A stretch of DNA of 63,184 nucleotides, counting the filler, from Octopus bimaculoides (Eukaryota): assembly GCF_001194135.2 (NCBI RefSeq). It is 5 parts of 5 records of this genome, joined end to end, with 100 filler letters (N's around TTAATTAATTAA, not from the genome) between each part and the next. Parts side by side here need not be neighbours in the genome. Positions count along the whole stretch, not along the records: positions 20,775 to 52,051 come from NC_069001.1; 4 more parts are not named here. One strand, written 5' to 3'. The notes beneath the pieces were generated by a model. The model did not search any database. It saw nothing but the letters and a program-made list of their open reading frames with translations, and was not told the origin of the DNA. The translations under genes and the position numbers were made by a program. This document shows positions 37,646 to 51,680 of this stretch, one piece after another. Within the stretch, counting starts at the first letter, position 1. Each line of letters starts with the position of its first letter.

Positions 37646-37958
37646 NNNNNNNNNNNNNNNNNNNNNNNNNNNNNNNNNNNNNNNNNNNNNNNNNNNNNNN
37701 NNNNNNNNNNNNNNNNNNNNNNNNNNNNNNNNNNNNNNNNNNNNNNNNNNNNNNNNNNNNNNNNNNNNNNNNNNNNNNNNNNNNNNNNNNNNNNNNNNNN
37801 NNNNNNNNNNNNNNNNNNNNNNNNNNNNNNNNNNNNNNNNNNNNNNNNNNNNNNNNNNNNNNNNNNNNNNNNNNNNNNNNNNNNNNNNNNNNNNNNNNNN
37901 NNNNNNNNNNNNNNNNNNNNNNNNNNNNNNNNNNNNNNNNNNNNNNNNNNNNNNNNNN

Positions 37959-38001
<43 letters not shown>

Positions 38002-38615
38002 GTCATCAATTTTTTTCTCTCCCTCTCTGTATTCCTTTCTCTATTTGTCTCCATATATTTTCTCCCTCTCTCTCTCAGTCTCTCTGCACCTTTATATCAG
38101 TCTCATTTCTCTCTCTCTTACTAACACTCACGCTCAGCTATATACCCACATACACACACACACACACACATATATATCGCCAATGAACCACACACACACA
38201 CTTAAATACACTTCACGCACACACGTAAAACAATACACCCGTACACTCACACACACATAAGAAAGAAGACATTTCTGTTGATTTATTATTTTCATGTTGN
38301 NNNNNNNNNNNNNNNNNNNNNNNNNNNNNNNNNNNNNNNNNNNNNNNNNNNNNNNNNNNNNNNNNNNNNNNNNNNNNNNNNNNNNNNNNNNNNNNNNNNN
38401 NNNNNNNNNNNNNNNNNNNNNNNNNNNNNNNNNNNNNNNNNNNNNNNNNNNNNNNNNNNNNNNNNNNNNNNNNNNNNNNNNNNNNNNNNNNNNNNNNNNN
38501 NNNNNNNNNNNNNNNNNNNNNNNNNNNNNNNNNNNNNNNNNNNNNNNNNNNNNNNNNNNNNNNATACTCACACACACAGGCATACGTACATAGATACATA
38601 TACATACATGGCATT

Positions 38616-38660
<45 letters not shown>

Positions 38661-39579
38661 TTCTACATATGTATGTTTGAGTGTTTATATATATATAATA
38701 TTCAGTGTTCTTTTCTTGCCTTATATAGTGAGTCATTGCTGTTCATTTCATTCTCTGAAGAAAATTTTGTTGCATTTTTTTTTTTTTTTTCTAATGTTTG
38801 AAATAATAATTATCACATGCATGCACATCAGTGNNNNNNNNNNCATGCACATCAGTGTGTGTGTGTGTGTGTCTGGATATATATAGATATATATATATAT
38901 ATATATATGGATATGCATGTATATGAAATGGGTGAGGGTATATGTCTATAAATCAAAGGATGGGGTTATAATATCAGTGATGTTGGTTGGTTAAAAGTGC
39001 ACAAAGCGGTTTTAAAAAAAACACAAAAAAACAACCAAAAATTGAAGGACAATAATAATAATAATAGTAATAATATGGTCCCTTAGCTTTCGTTCTCATG
39101 TTAATGTAAAAAAAAAACTGAAATGGAAGATGAGGAAGGGGATGGGGGAGAAGAGGAAGAGGTGGAGCCCGAATATTCATTGGACACTGATTAGGGCCCA
39201 ACAATAATGAGATAGATTCAATTACCTGATGGTTCGTTATGCTTTTGGTTTTTGTTTGCCTTAATGTAGGGACTCTCTCCTCTCAGTTAATGTGGTGGTC
39301 ATCATCATCATTGCCATAGATATCATTATCAAAACCATCATTATCATCATCATCATCAACATCATCGTCATTATCATCATTCATTAAGGTGGGGATTTGG
39401 CAGAGTCATTAGTGCCAAGACAAAATGTTTTATTTTGTTTTTTTGGAGCAGCTTTTTGGGATTTTTTTGGGTTTTTTTTTTTTGTTCTTTTTTTTTTACC
39501 TGGTAGTAGTTGTCCCAGGCTCTCTGGGTCTGCAGTTCAAATCCCATCAGAGTTAACTTTACTTTTCATCCCTCAAGGG

Positions 39580-40178
39580 ATGATGAAATGAATTGCCTGT
39601 CGAGGTGGCCTTTCGTTCGCCTTTATGTTCAGAGTTCAAATTCCACTGACATCAACTTTGCCTGTGAATTGTTTTGGGGGTGAGTAAAATAAGTATCAGT
39701 TGTGTACTAGGGTCAGTGTAATCAACCAGTCCCTTCCCCCAACATTTCAGATCTGGTACCTTCAGTAAAAAGGATCGTTGTTGTTGTTGTTCAGGTTGCA
39801 AGCTGGCAGAATAATTAGCAAGCCAGGCAAAATGCTTAGCAGTATTTCACCTGTCTTTACATTCTGAGTTCAAATTCCACCAAGGTCGACTTAGCCTTTC
39901 ATCCGTTTGGGGTCAATAAATTAAGTACCAGTCATGTACTGAGCTCAATATGATCGACTTACCCACCGCTCCTGCAAATTTCAGGCCCTTGTACCTTTTG
40001 TAAATTATTATTATTATTATTATTATTATTAATATTATTATTATCCTACGATGGTCAACTTTGCATTTTGTCTTTTTGGGGTCCAATAAAATAAAGTAAC
40101 TGTGAAGTACTGGGGTCGATATAATTGAGTTGCTTTTTCTCCTTTCAAAATTTCTGGGCTTGTGCCAGACTTTGAAAC

Positions 40179-40220
<42 letters not shown>
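39580..40220 (+). mobile_element. Array of family A SINE copies and fragments with (ATT)n spacers
   Basis: Repeated GAGTTCAAATTCCAC..AGGTC.ACTT.GCCT and TAAGTA.CAG...GGGTC.AT blocks. Confidence 0.7.
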
Positions 40221-40221
<1 letters not shown>

Positions 40222-42114
40222 AAATTATAAAGCAACAGCAACAACAACAACCACCACCACCACCACCACTACTGCCACATCAACAACAATAAATGCATCG
40301 ACAACAGCTACAACAACAACGACATATAAAAACCTCATAATTCTCTCTGCAACAATGACCAAACTTCCTCCTCCTCCTCCTCCTCCAGATGTATTCTGTT
40401 TCTTCAAAATGAATTATCTTCTCTTTATTCAAATGACAATCGTTAGTTGTCGTTGTTTTTGTTGTTGTCGTCGTCTTTTGTTTCTGCTTTTCTTACTTTT
40501 TCTTTGGTGGTGGGATGGAACGGGTGTGAGGGTGGGTGGTACTGTTGTCTTTGACAACAGTGCAGCCTCATTGTATGCATGCACATGCGCTCAGGTCCAT
40601 GTTTACATGTGCATCTACACACATGCACATGTTTACACACACACACACACTCACATATCTATGCATATATATGTGTATGTGTGTATATAACATATATAAA
40701 GCATTTACACATATATATATAAACACATGTATAATCATATACATGTAGATTATATATATTTATATAATTTATACTCACACACATGTATCACCATATACAG
40801 TATGTATATATATGTATATGTATATCCACGTATTCATGTATATGAATATGTAAATACATATTGATGCACACACACGCACGTACACTCACATGCATACATA
40901 TAAACAAATACATAGACCCAGGCCTTTTAGTAAATCATTTTATGAATCTTATATCTAAGATTCTGAACCTCTTAGATTATTAATCCCTAAGGAGCTGTGC
41001 CTCGATTTCTATCCTACACACCCTTAAGTAGTTAAGTAATGAGATACAGGACCGACTTCCAGCTAGCTGAGTGGGTAAGTCATCAGGTTACTACCAACAA
41101 GGTCAACTGATTATGTTCCGGTACAATTGCGATGGTATGTCCACAGTCGACTTATTTAAATGTTGTTGGCTGTTGGCTCAGTCTATCTAGTTGTAAATAC
41201 AGATATTTTAATACAACTGCTTCCAGAATCTTGATTATATTAATTATATTAAAAATTAGTTTCAATGCATGAACAGTCTGTTCATTAGAAGTATTGTTTG
41301 TTTGTTTTTTGTGGGGGAGAGGTTCAATGGTTTAATAGTGGTTAAAATTTAAAAGCTCTCTAACTTAACTATTGGTTTTTTTATGCAGATGGCGTCTCTG
41401 AATTATTTATTCTTTTACTCTTTTGAGACCACCTTTGTGTTTTTATGATGCAAACTCCTTGTTTAAATTGATCTAAATTAAAAAACTTCCATCAAAATGT
41501 TAATTTATGTTTCTGACACCAGGTTCATAATGACAAAATTATTTTACTAAATTCAGGATTATTTTCTAAAGTAATTGAAACAAAGGCAGCGTATTTCAAC
41601 AGAAATATCCGAACAAAAAGGTTAAGACTGACTTGGGAATAAACAGCAATGATAATGTTAATCACAGCTTAATTTCCAATTTACATTTACCCTCTTAATG
41701 CCAATCCTCCAGAGACCATCCCTGGTTCTGTGGTAGAAAGCCTCTTGCTTTAAAGTGATCGAAATTATAATCTTTCATCAAAATTTCCTGCTTATTCGTG
41801 TTCCAGATTCCGGCTTAACAATGACAAAGTTTTTTTATACTAGATTTTTCATTGTTTTCTTAGTAATTAAAACACAGCCAGTGTATTTTAACAGAAATAT
41901 TGCAAAGAAAGGCTAAAGCTATTCTGTTTCATAGACCACCTCATGCACAGTCTTTATATATTTACTTAAGTGATTCAGCATTACTTTGAACAAGTACAAT
42001 GAAGTCTGTACTTTGCTCATGAGCGCTGAAAAAGGCTGAAGCATAGAGGTGTCTCTCATACTTACAGAAATAATTAAAATGATGCCAGTCATTGGTTAAT
42101 ATTCTTTTTAATTC

Positions 42115-42318
42115 TTTTTACTCTTTTACTTGTTTCAGTCATTTGACTGCGACAATGCTGGAGCACTGCCTTTAGTCGAGCAAATCGATCCCAGGACTTA
42201 TTCTTTGGAAGCCTAGTACTTATTCTATCGGTCTCTTTTGCCGAACCACTAAGTTACGGGGACGTAAACACACCAGCATTGGTTGTCAAGTGATGTTGGG
42301 GGGGACAAACACACACAC

Positions 42319-42405
<87 letters not shown>

Positions 42406-42570
42406 CGATGGTCTTCTTTCTGTTTCCGTCTACCAAATCCACTCACAAGGCTTTGGTTGGCCCGAGGCTATAGTAGAAGACACTTGCCCAAAGTGTCACG
42501 CAGTGGGACTGAACCCGGAACCATGTGGTTGCTAAGCAAGCTACTTACCACACAGCCACTCCTGCGCCTA
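42115..42570 (-). mobile_element. SINE family B, full length
   Basis: CTTTTACTCTTTTACTTGTTTCAGTCATTTGACTGCG ... CACAGCCACTCCTGCGCCTA; high identity to 5380-5768. Confidence 0.9.
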
Positions 42571-44968
42571 CAATTAATAATTATTTCTAATTAGGTTTTT
42601 AGCATGAAGTAGCACGACCAAATTCTGGCAAAATCTAGATATTCTTTAATAAAATCAGATGTTTTTGGAGTTTTTTTTAAAATTGCAATATAAGAATTAT
42701 AAAAATGATGAGGAGCCTCTAAGAATGCAGCATAGCTACTATGTGGGCATCGGTTGACTGGTTAGAAACAGCAGCCAAATCTCCCTTAGTCTTCAACTTA
42801 CCTTTAAAAGGTTTGACAGGTCAGGGTCTAACGAGAGCTTAAACAACTATAGATTTTGTATTACTTACATGATATGAACCGATAGGAGAAGTCTCTGTAT
42901 GGCCATTCCTATTACTTGAAATAGTAGCAAGAGCTCTGTCAAATCACACCATACTGTCTTTAATAAAATATGAGATGGATCAGAACTACTGACCCGAAGC
43001 TAAACAATAAGAAAAATAACAATAAAAATATGAAAAAAAAAAAACTTTGTTTCGGTTTTAACTCTTGTAAAATATAGGCAGACAGGTTGACGTTTATCTG
43101 CTAACAATTACCGTTTGGGGAATTGTTCCAGTCACGGTTGAATTATAGACTGTTTCTATAGCTTTGCTTATTCATGTGAATGGTGTGTGTGTGTGTGTGT
43201 GTGTGTATGTGTTTGGTTTTGGTTGCTAAAATAATCAGAATTAATGAGCTATGTTCCCTGTTGGCAGTCCTTATAAATAAAATATTTTTCAATATTTTGT
43301 GAAATATTGAGAAGTGGAGGACTCCTGTTTTCTTCATTGTTTACTTTTTCTTTTTCCTTTTTTTCTTTTTTTTTTTCCTCATTTACCAATATATTATTGT
43401 AAATATCATTGAATTCTTCTCGCAATACTTGAGCCAAACAGGAAATCACTGCTAATATACAAATAGTAAATATACATCCCAGGATGTCTGTGTGTGTGTG
43501 CATGTATATATATGTGTGTGTGTGATTGTATTTGTACTTGCTGTGCCAAATATGGTCAAATGGCTAAGAAGTTCACTTCCTATCATGAGTTTTCCTCTTT
43601 GCTTCCCATTCTACAATAGTAGCAAATCAATTGAGTCAGTAGAGCATCAGACAAAATGCTTTGTGATATTTGCCCCAAGTCTCATGGTTCTGAATTCAAG
43701 TTTTGCTGAGCCACCTTTATTTTTTATCCTTTCAGTATTAATAAAATAGTGCCGCCAATCCAAAATGGGGAATTGGTGGAACTCTTGCAGCATCAGACCA
43801 GCCTCACTGCAGTTTTTGTTCGGTTTCTTTGCATTCTGAGTTCAAATCTTGCCAAGATCTTTCATCCTTTCAGGATTGATAAAAATAACACCAAACCAGT
43901 TTGGTAAAGTGACAGAACAGTTAAAACAAGAACCTGCATGTAGAAAATGGAACTTGGTGTGCTTCCTGGCCTTGCCAGCTCCCGTCAAACCACCCAACTC
44001 CTGCTAGAAGAGGACTTTAAATGATGATGATGCTGTTCTAGCTCCTAAGTTCAAATCTCGCTATGAACTGTTTAGGTGTCAGATGTAATCCATGATCCAT
44101 TTTAACACCACTACCTGCTATTTTGGATACATTGTAACAGAATCCACTGTTCTGAGCATTCAGAGTTGGGTCCCCAGATTGGAAATATCTTACTACATCC
44201 CTCCCTTTATCCTGCCATTTTCAGAGGCCCTGTGATGTGGTTGGGGTGTTGTCCTTCCACTTTGAATTAAAAGAAAAACAAAATCCATTGGGCAACAAAC
44301 CAGATAACTGCCTTGAACTCCAGTGTCTGCCTTGGCATGGTTTCTACAGTTGGATACCAGAGGCTCAGTGGGTGTAAATGCAACCCCTAAATTTTTTGTT
44401 AGGGACGTGGGTTGGACTTAGGTCTGCATCCCCTAAACAAATTTTATTTCCACACTTATGCTGGGTCTCCAATGCTTTTTTTTTTTTTTTGTGAGTGACC
44501 TCACCAGCACCAATGAGGTCACTAGGTTTGCAAGACAAAAAGAGAGTCTTGACCAAGAGAGGGAGATGGCTTTATGCCAAGTGTTTAGAGGCTAAAGTAT
44601 GATTGAGGGACACAAGCACAAATGGACATTAAATGATGAGGAGGACAGGGATAGTTCTGGTTTGACCCAAACTTTGTGAGTGGAATTGGTTAAGTGGAAA
44701 CTGTGTGGAAGCCTATCAGTTGGTCTCTGTCTGTAATTTTAATGGTTCATCATCATCTACGTACAGTCTCCAGCTGTCTGAAGGTTACATTAAGTATATG
44801 TGTCTTTGGAGTATTCAGCCATGTATCATTAATTTAACGAGGAACCAGTTCCATCAATCAAACAGGAAAACTAGAAGAATATTCCATTATTGAAACCGAC
44901 AAAGAATTTATTTACTTCTTAGACACAGCTTCAAACATACAAATACACTGCTGCCCACCCCCAACACA

Positions 44969-45007
<39 letters not shown>

Positions 45008-45651
45008 GCTCATATGCACACGTACACACGCGTACACATTTAGAGTCACGCAAGCACGTAGGTTATTAGTCAAGATTCGTTATGTAGATGATATTGTACA
45101 CAATTTTTTTGTTCAAAGACAAAGAAAGGAGAGGAATAGAAATGTCTTAGAAAACAAGGAATAAAAGATTATTATTTTTTTTTTTTAATAATACAAAGGA
45201 ATGTAGGTAGGTGTTAAATCTGAATGCTTCCTCAGTTTAATCAATATATATATATGTATGTATGTAATATATAATTAATTATGGAATAAGTGACGAAGGA
45301 GTTAATAGTGNNNNNNNNNNNNNNNNNNNNNNNNNNNNNNNNNNNNNNNNNNNNNNNNNNNNNNNNNNNNNNNNNNNNNNNNNNNNNNNNNNNNNNNNNN
45401 NNNNNNNNNNNNNNNNNNNNNNNNNNNNNNNNNNNNNNNNNNNNNNNNNNNNNNNNNNNNNNNNNNNNNNNNNNNNNNNNNNNNNNNNNNNNNNNNNNNN
45501 NNNNNNNNNNNNNNNNNNNNNNNNNNNNNNNNNNNNNNNNNNNNNNNNNNNNNNNNNNNNNNNNNNNNNNNNNNNNNNNNNNNNNNNNNNNNNNNNNNNN
45601 NNNNNNNNNNNNNNNNNNNNNNNNNNNNNNNNNNNNNNNNNNNNNNNNNNN

Positions 45652-45690
<39 letters not shown>

Positions 45691-45789
45691 TAGATATATA
45701 TGTACATATACATGTATGTATGTATATATATATAAATATGTATACATATACATGTATGTATATATATATATATGTACACACACATGCAC

Positions 45790-45822
<33 letters not shown>

Positions 45823-47869
45823 CATATATATACATATATATATATATACATATATATACATATATATATATATATATCTATCTAAGAATGTTGTTTTTTC
45901 CCCTGTCATTTATAAGTATTTAATTCTTGCTGTATTCATTCTTGGTTTTATTTTTTTACTTACTTATTTACATATTTGTTTCCTTTTCTTTTTATGATTC
46001 TTTATTTCTTTTATATGAAAAGTCATATGAATTGATTAACAATCAATGCTTGTTTTCTTTCTCTTTTCTCTCACTCTCTCCATTTCCTTCTGATCTTTCA
46101 ACCTTTATTGAGTGGTGGTAGGCATGGTAGGAGAGGAAGGGAAAAACGAGAAGCCAGTTTTTGTCTTTCTTCCTCTTTTCTTTAAGAGTTTCAATTTGTT
46201 TATCTTCTTCTGTTTTATGCAAAAATATAAACAAAAAATTGCGAAAAGAAATGGTAAAAAAAAAAATATCTTGTTCTTATTTTCTCTGTTCTTTCATTGC
46301 CACAACCACAAAAAAGACGCACACACTACATAAACACACACACATAAATATACATATGCACACACTCACAAATAAGAACACATACCCACACAAGCACGCA
46401 TGCACATATACTAACATATATAAACATACATAATATCCACACGCATTATGATAAATGCATACACGCACACACATAAACACACATGCAAGCACAAACATTG
46501 AGCAAAGGCTCCACTGGTTACATTAGCGATCTGAAACTAACTTCGTAATCTTCTCCTGTTACTAAATCTTTCTGTTCCGTTACTGTTTGTTTGGTTTGTT
46601 TGTCGTGAGGTGTGTTTGTTGCTCAGGATTGGAGAAGTAAATTGGAAGGAAAGGGAAAAGGAGATGAGGAGGAGGAGGAGGAGAAATAAGAGAGAGGGGG
46701 GGTGAAACAAGCTCATTCTCTCTGCAACCCTCCATCCATGCCCACCTTGCCTGCTACCGCCATCGCCACCACTAACCTCCTGCCATCGTTGGGTGATTGG
46801 TTATTAAAAGATTTTTTTTTTTTTTTTTTTTNNNNNNNNNNNNNNNNNNNNNNNNNNNNNNNNNNNNNNNNNNNNNNNNNNNNNNNNNNNNNNNNNNNNN
46901 NNNNNNNNNNNNNNNNNNNNNNNNNNNNNNNNNNNNNNNNNNNNNNNNNNNNNNNNNNNNNNNNNNNNNNNNNNNNNNNNNNNNNNNNNNNNNNNNNNNN
47001 NNNNNNNNNNNNNNNNNNNNNNNNNNNNNNNNNNNNNNNNNNNNNNNNNNNNNNNNNNNNNNNNNNNNNNNNNNNNNNNNNNNNNNNNNNNNNNNNNNNN
47101 NNNNNNNNNNNNNNNNNNNNNNNNNNNNNNNNNNNNNNNNNNNNNNNNNNNNNNNNNNNNNNNNNNNNNNNNNNNNNNNNNNNNNNNNNNNNNNNNNNNN
47201 NNNNNNNNNNNNNNNNNNNNNNNNNNNNNNNNNNNNNNNNNNNNNNNNNNNNNNNNNNNNNNNNNNNNNNNNNNNNNNNNNNNNNNNNNNNNNNNNNNNN
47301 NNNNNNNNNNNNNNNNNNNNNNNNNNNNNNNNNNNNNNNNNNNNNNNNNNNNNNNNNNNNNNNNNNNNNNNNNNNNNNNNNNNNNNNNNNNNNNNNNNNN
47401 NNNNNNNNNNNNNNNNNNNNNNNNNNNNNNNNNNNNNNNNNNNNNNNNNNNNNNNNNNNNNNNNNNNNNNNNNNNNNNNNNNNNNNNNNNNNNNNNNNNN
47501 NNNNNNNNNNNNNNNNNNNNNNNNNNNNNNNNNNNNNNNNNNNNNNNNNNNNNNNNNNNNNNNNNNNNNNNNNNNNNNNNNNNNNNNNNNNNNNNNNNNN
47601 NNNNNNNNNNNNNNNNNNNNNNNNNNNNNNNNNNNNNNNNNNNNNNNNNNNNNNNNNNNNNNNNNNNNNNNNNNNNNNNNNNNNNNNNNNNNNNNNNNNN
47701 NNNNNNNNNNNNNNNNNNNNNNNNNNNNNNNNNNNNNNNNNNNNNNNNNNNNNNNNNNNNNNNNNNNNNNNNNNNNNNNNNNNNNNNNNNNNNNNNNNNN
47801 NNNNNNNNNNNNNNTTTTTTTTTTTTTTTTTTTTTTGGTATATCTTGTCCTCCTACTCCTCATCATCAT

Positions 47870-48060
47870 ATGTGTGTCTTTTTGTCTTTTGTCCCCACCA
47901 CCATCGCTTGACAACTGATGTTGGTGTTTACATTCCTGTAACTTAGCAGTTCAGCAAAAGAGACCAATAAATCTTGGGGACAATTTCTTTGACTAAAAAT
48001 AACCCTTGAAGGTGGTGCTCCAGCATGGCTACAGTGAAATGACTGAAGCAAGTAAAGTAA
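47870..48060 (+). mobile_element. SINE family B 3' half
   Basis: CGCTTGACAACTGATGTTGGTGTTTAC...GGTGGTGCTCCAGCATGGCTACAGTGAAATGACTGAAGCAAGTAAAG. Confidence 0.75.
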
Positions 48061-48352
48061 TATGTGGGTGTGGGTGTATATTTGAGTGTTTAACTTTATA
48101 ATTATGCAGAAGCAGCATTGTCTTAGATCTGTTTCTCCCTGCTGGCATGGGTTGGATGGTTTTTCTGAGACAGACCTTTGTGATTTAATGTCCTTCCTGT
48201 CGCCATAGTCTGTGTATGTCGGTGTGATTGTGTCCATATGAAGAGGGATAAAATATTGTTTTTTTTTTTTCTTTAATTGTACAACTCAATTGTAGAACAA
48301 TCTATAATCTAATTTTTTAAATTTTATTTAATTAAATATGTGCATGTATGTA

Positions 48353-48447
<95 letters not shown>

Positions 48448-48549
48448 GTATATATCTATATCTATATATACACACACACACACACACATATACACACATT
48501 CGCACACACGCATATATATATATAACTACATTTAAATACATATGCATGT

Positions 48550-48591
<42 letters not shown>

Positions 48592-48606
48592 NNNNNNNNN
48601 NAATAG

Positions 48607-48653
<47 letters not shown>

Positions 48654-49129
48654 TACTCACACATATGCATACGTACCAACCTGCTCGAAACTCATTCTCG
48701 AAGAAATTACTTTTTTAATCTCCAAACAAATTAGTCACTGAAATATTTCTTCTTCATTCTCCTTTTCACATCCCATTTATCCACCACCACCATTACAAAA
48801 GACATCATCATATCTAAAATATTCTTATCACAGGTTTGTTTTCTACAAACAAATGGAATTAAATGGATAAAATGAAGCCTTAATGTTAAGTTTCTTCCAA
48901 TTTATTTCTGTTTTGTTTCATTATTTTTCTTAGGTTTCAATATTTAAAATTTTCCAACATTTTTCAGTATGTGTTTGCCTATAACAGCCATGAATTTTTT
49001 TCCACTTCTCCACAATTATTCTCTATAGTTTTTACAACTCTCCTGTTCAGAGTGTCTTATACAACAGTATCTTCAGTCTCTGAGGTTTATTGTGCCCTTA
49101 AAGGCCTTGTTCTAAAACCTGGAACCATA

Positions 49130-49575
49130 AGGGTGGCAAACCAGCAGAATTGTTTGCATAATGGGTAAAATGCTTAGCAGCATTTCTTCCAATTTACTGT
49201 ATTCTTAGTTCAAATTTTGCTGAGCTTGAGTTTGTCTTTCATCCTTTCGGAAGTCAATAAAATAAATACCAGGTGTGCACTGGGGCTGATGTAACTAACT
49301 AACCCTTCACTTAAAACTACTGCCCTTGTGCCAAAACCTGAAACCATTATTATTATTATCATTATTATTATTATTAGACTCCTTAGCATGCTTGACAGGC
49401 TTTATGTCCTGAGTTCAAATGCCACCAAGGACAACTTTACTTTTTATCCTTTCAGGGTCATTAAAATAATTACCAGTTAAGTACTAGGGGTTCATGTAAT
49501 TGATTTTCCTCTCCCCTGAAAAACTGCTGGCCCTGTACCAAAATTTGAGACCATTATTATTATTATTATTATTAT
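49130..49575 (+). mobile_element. Two tandem family A SINE copies with (ATT)n tails
   Basis: AAATGCTTAGCAGCATTTC..AGTTCAAAT..CCTTTC and GCCCTTGTGCCAAAA.CTGAAACCATTATTATT occur twice. Confidence 0.7.
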
Positions 49576-50314
49576 TAAAATTTTGGTTATCTATGCATAT
49601 TTATTTGCAATCTTCTTAAAGAGGTGACACCAATGGCAACAACAACAACAAACGCTGTCTCTTCTTCCTGGTTCTTATCTCTTCTTTCACAGCTGTTTCT
49701 TAAGCCACNNNNNNNNNNNNNNNNNNNNNNNNNNNNNNNNNNNNNNNNNNNNNNNNNNNNNNNNNNNNNNNNNNNNNNNNNNNNNNNNNNNNNNNNNNNN
49801 NNNNNNNNNNNNNNNNNNNNNNNNNNNNNNNNNNNNNNNNNNNNNNNNNNNNNNNNNNNNNNNNNNNNNNNNNNNNNNNNNNNNNNNNNNNNNNNNNNNN
49901 NNNNNNNNNNNNNNNNNNNTTTTTTTTTTTTTTTTTTGCCTTTCTTAGGCAAATAAACTTAATATGATAAGTTGATAAGTTCGTTATCCTTACTGCTAGC
50001 AGATTATATAAATTAATAGTTTGTTAAAATGCTTCAAAACTCAAACACACATATACAGGCTTAAATAACAAGGCAGGTGAAGGGATTATTATTATTATTG
50101 TTATTATTGTTAAGGCAGTGAGCTGGCAAAATTGTGTGCCAATTTCATGTTCTGTATTCAAATTCCTCCAAGATCAACTTCACTTTCATCCTTTCATAGT
50201 TAAAAGAGAGTACAAATCAAGTCCTGAACATCCCCACTGCCCCAAAAATGCAGGCCTTGTGCCTAAATCAAAAATCATTGTCATTATTGTTATTTGAATT
50301 TTTAAGGTACTCTT

Positions 50315-50390
50315 GATAGTACTTCTTATTCCTCCTCTTATTCCTCCTCCTGAGGTCATGACCTCAAGAGGAGGAATAAGAAGTACTATC
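50315..50390. repeat. Spacer-less palindrome with a 12-bp tandem duplication in the left arm
   Basis: GATAGTACTTCTTATTCCTCCTCTT[ATTCCTCCTCCT]GAGGTCAT|GACCTCAAGAGGAGGAATAAGAAGTACTATC centred on TCATGA. Confidence 0.85.
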
Positions 50391-50900
50391 TTGAATGGTC
50401 AATCTTATCTAGAACCCCCCAATTTAAGGCTAATATTAGCAAGTGTTTACTATGCATTAGGGAATCCCTTTCCATTCTTAGGTCTTTTGGGCCGAAAACC
50501 TTGAATAGGTTTATTGAGGTAATCCCTTTTTGCAATCACAAATTTTCCTCCACCTTCCTAAAACTATATAAAAATAAGAATAAGAACAAAAATAATAGTA
50601 TTAGTAGTGGTAATAATGGTAGTGATAGTGATAATAATAAAAAGACAAAAACATTGATAAAAAATAATAATAAAAATATGGATACAATGGTAGTATTTAT
50701 TTATTATCATAGCTTACGTTGGATTTGAAACCTAGTTGTTTTATTTACTTACCAAACCTGCTTGACTATTCTAATGGGTATATTAAAGATTAAATTATTT
50801 TTTTTTTTGGTCTAGTCCATATTATTTATATAAGCTTGCTCTCATAATTATAATTTCTTTTTTCTTTTTACTGATGCCTTTGTTGATGTTTGTGTGTGTT

Positions 50901-50985
50901 CCTTACCCTGAAGAGGGCGGTTATCACTAGTTTGTGCTCTATGTTGCTCTAAATACGGTGATGTACCCCCGAAATGGCCATAAGC
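50901..50985 (+). ncRNA. Hammerhead ribozyme-like motif, stem I degraded
   Basis: CTGAAGA (50908-14), stem II GGG/CCC + GGT/ACC + ATCAC/GTGAT, GAAA (50971-74), palindromic TGGCCA, triplet AUA; stem I pairing poor. Confidence 0.5.
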
Positions 50986-50999
50986 GTTTTGTGTTTGTA

Positions 51000-51300
51000 T
51001 TCCGACCTATATTTGTAATCCATTGTAAATGATGTTAAATTATGGATTGGCTTTACCGATGTTACCTGCTGGATGTTGGTTTAATGTATCGACTTGTGTG
51101 CCTTGATTTTCTTGGACTTAAATAACATTGATGGTGAAATATGGATTGTACTTTGTTACACATTGGATGTTCTGTTATTATGTCGTCCCATGTACTTCAG
51201 TATTCCTGTGTAAGAATTACGAAATTAGATTTTACCTGCTAAATTTGCTGTCCTGAGGGAAGTAATGAACTTTTGTACAATTTGAACTTAAACTTCTTTT
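51000..51300 (-). mobile_element. Possible Penelope-like RT-EN linker remnant, inverted relative to the adjacent hammerhead
   Basis: IQCVTKYNPYFTIN resembles the PLE linker motif xPxVTxYxP; many stops. Confidence 0.3.
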
Positions 51301-51372
51301 ATTAGTCATTAACCTCAACGAATTTTAATACATTTCCCTATGTATTATTTTTTTTCTCTCTATATTATTTTT

Positions 51373-51417
<45 letters not shown>

Positions 51418-51636
51418 TTTATTCCACTATATCTGTACCGGTCTATAATATTTTTAATCAACTTTTTAATCGCAGTTTATTTATTTATNNNNNNNNNNNN
51501 NNNNNNNNNNNNNNNNNNNNNNNNNNNNNNNNNNNNNNNNNNNNNNNNNNNNNNNNNNNNNNNNNNNNNNNNNNNNNNNNNNNNNNNNNNNNNNNNNNNN
51601 NNNNNNNNNNNNNNNNNNNNNNNNNNNNNNNNNNNN

Positions 51637-51680
<44 letters not shown>

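Noticed and set aside
38815-38860. CATGCACATCAGTG duplicated on both sides of a 10-N gap
   Set aside because: Typical unmerged contig overlap; assembly artefact.
50475-50520. GGTC-TTTTG-GGCC-GAAA-ACC...GGT-TT half-hammerhead
   Set aside because: No CUGANGA upstream; at best an unrecognisable relic.
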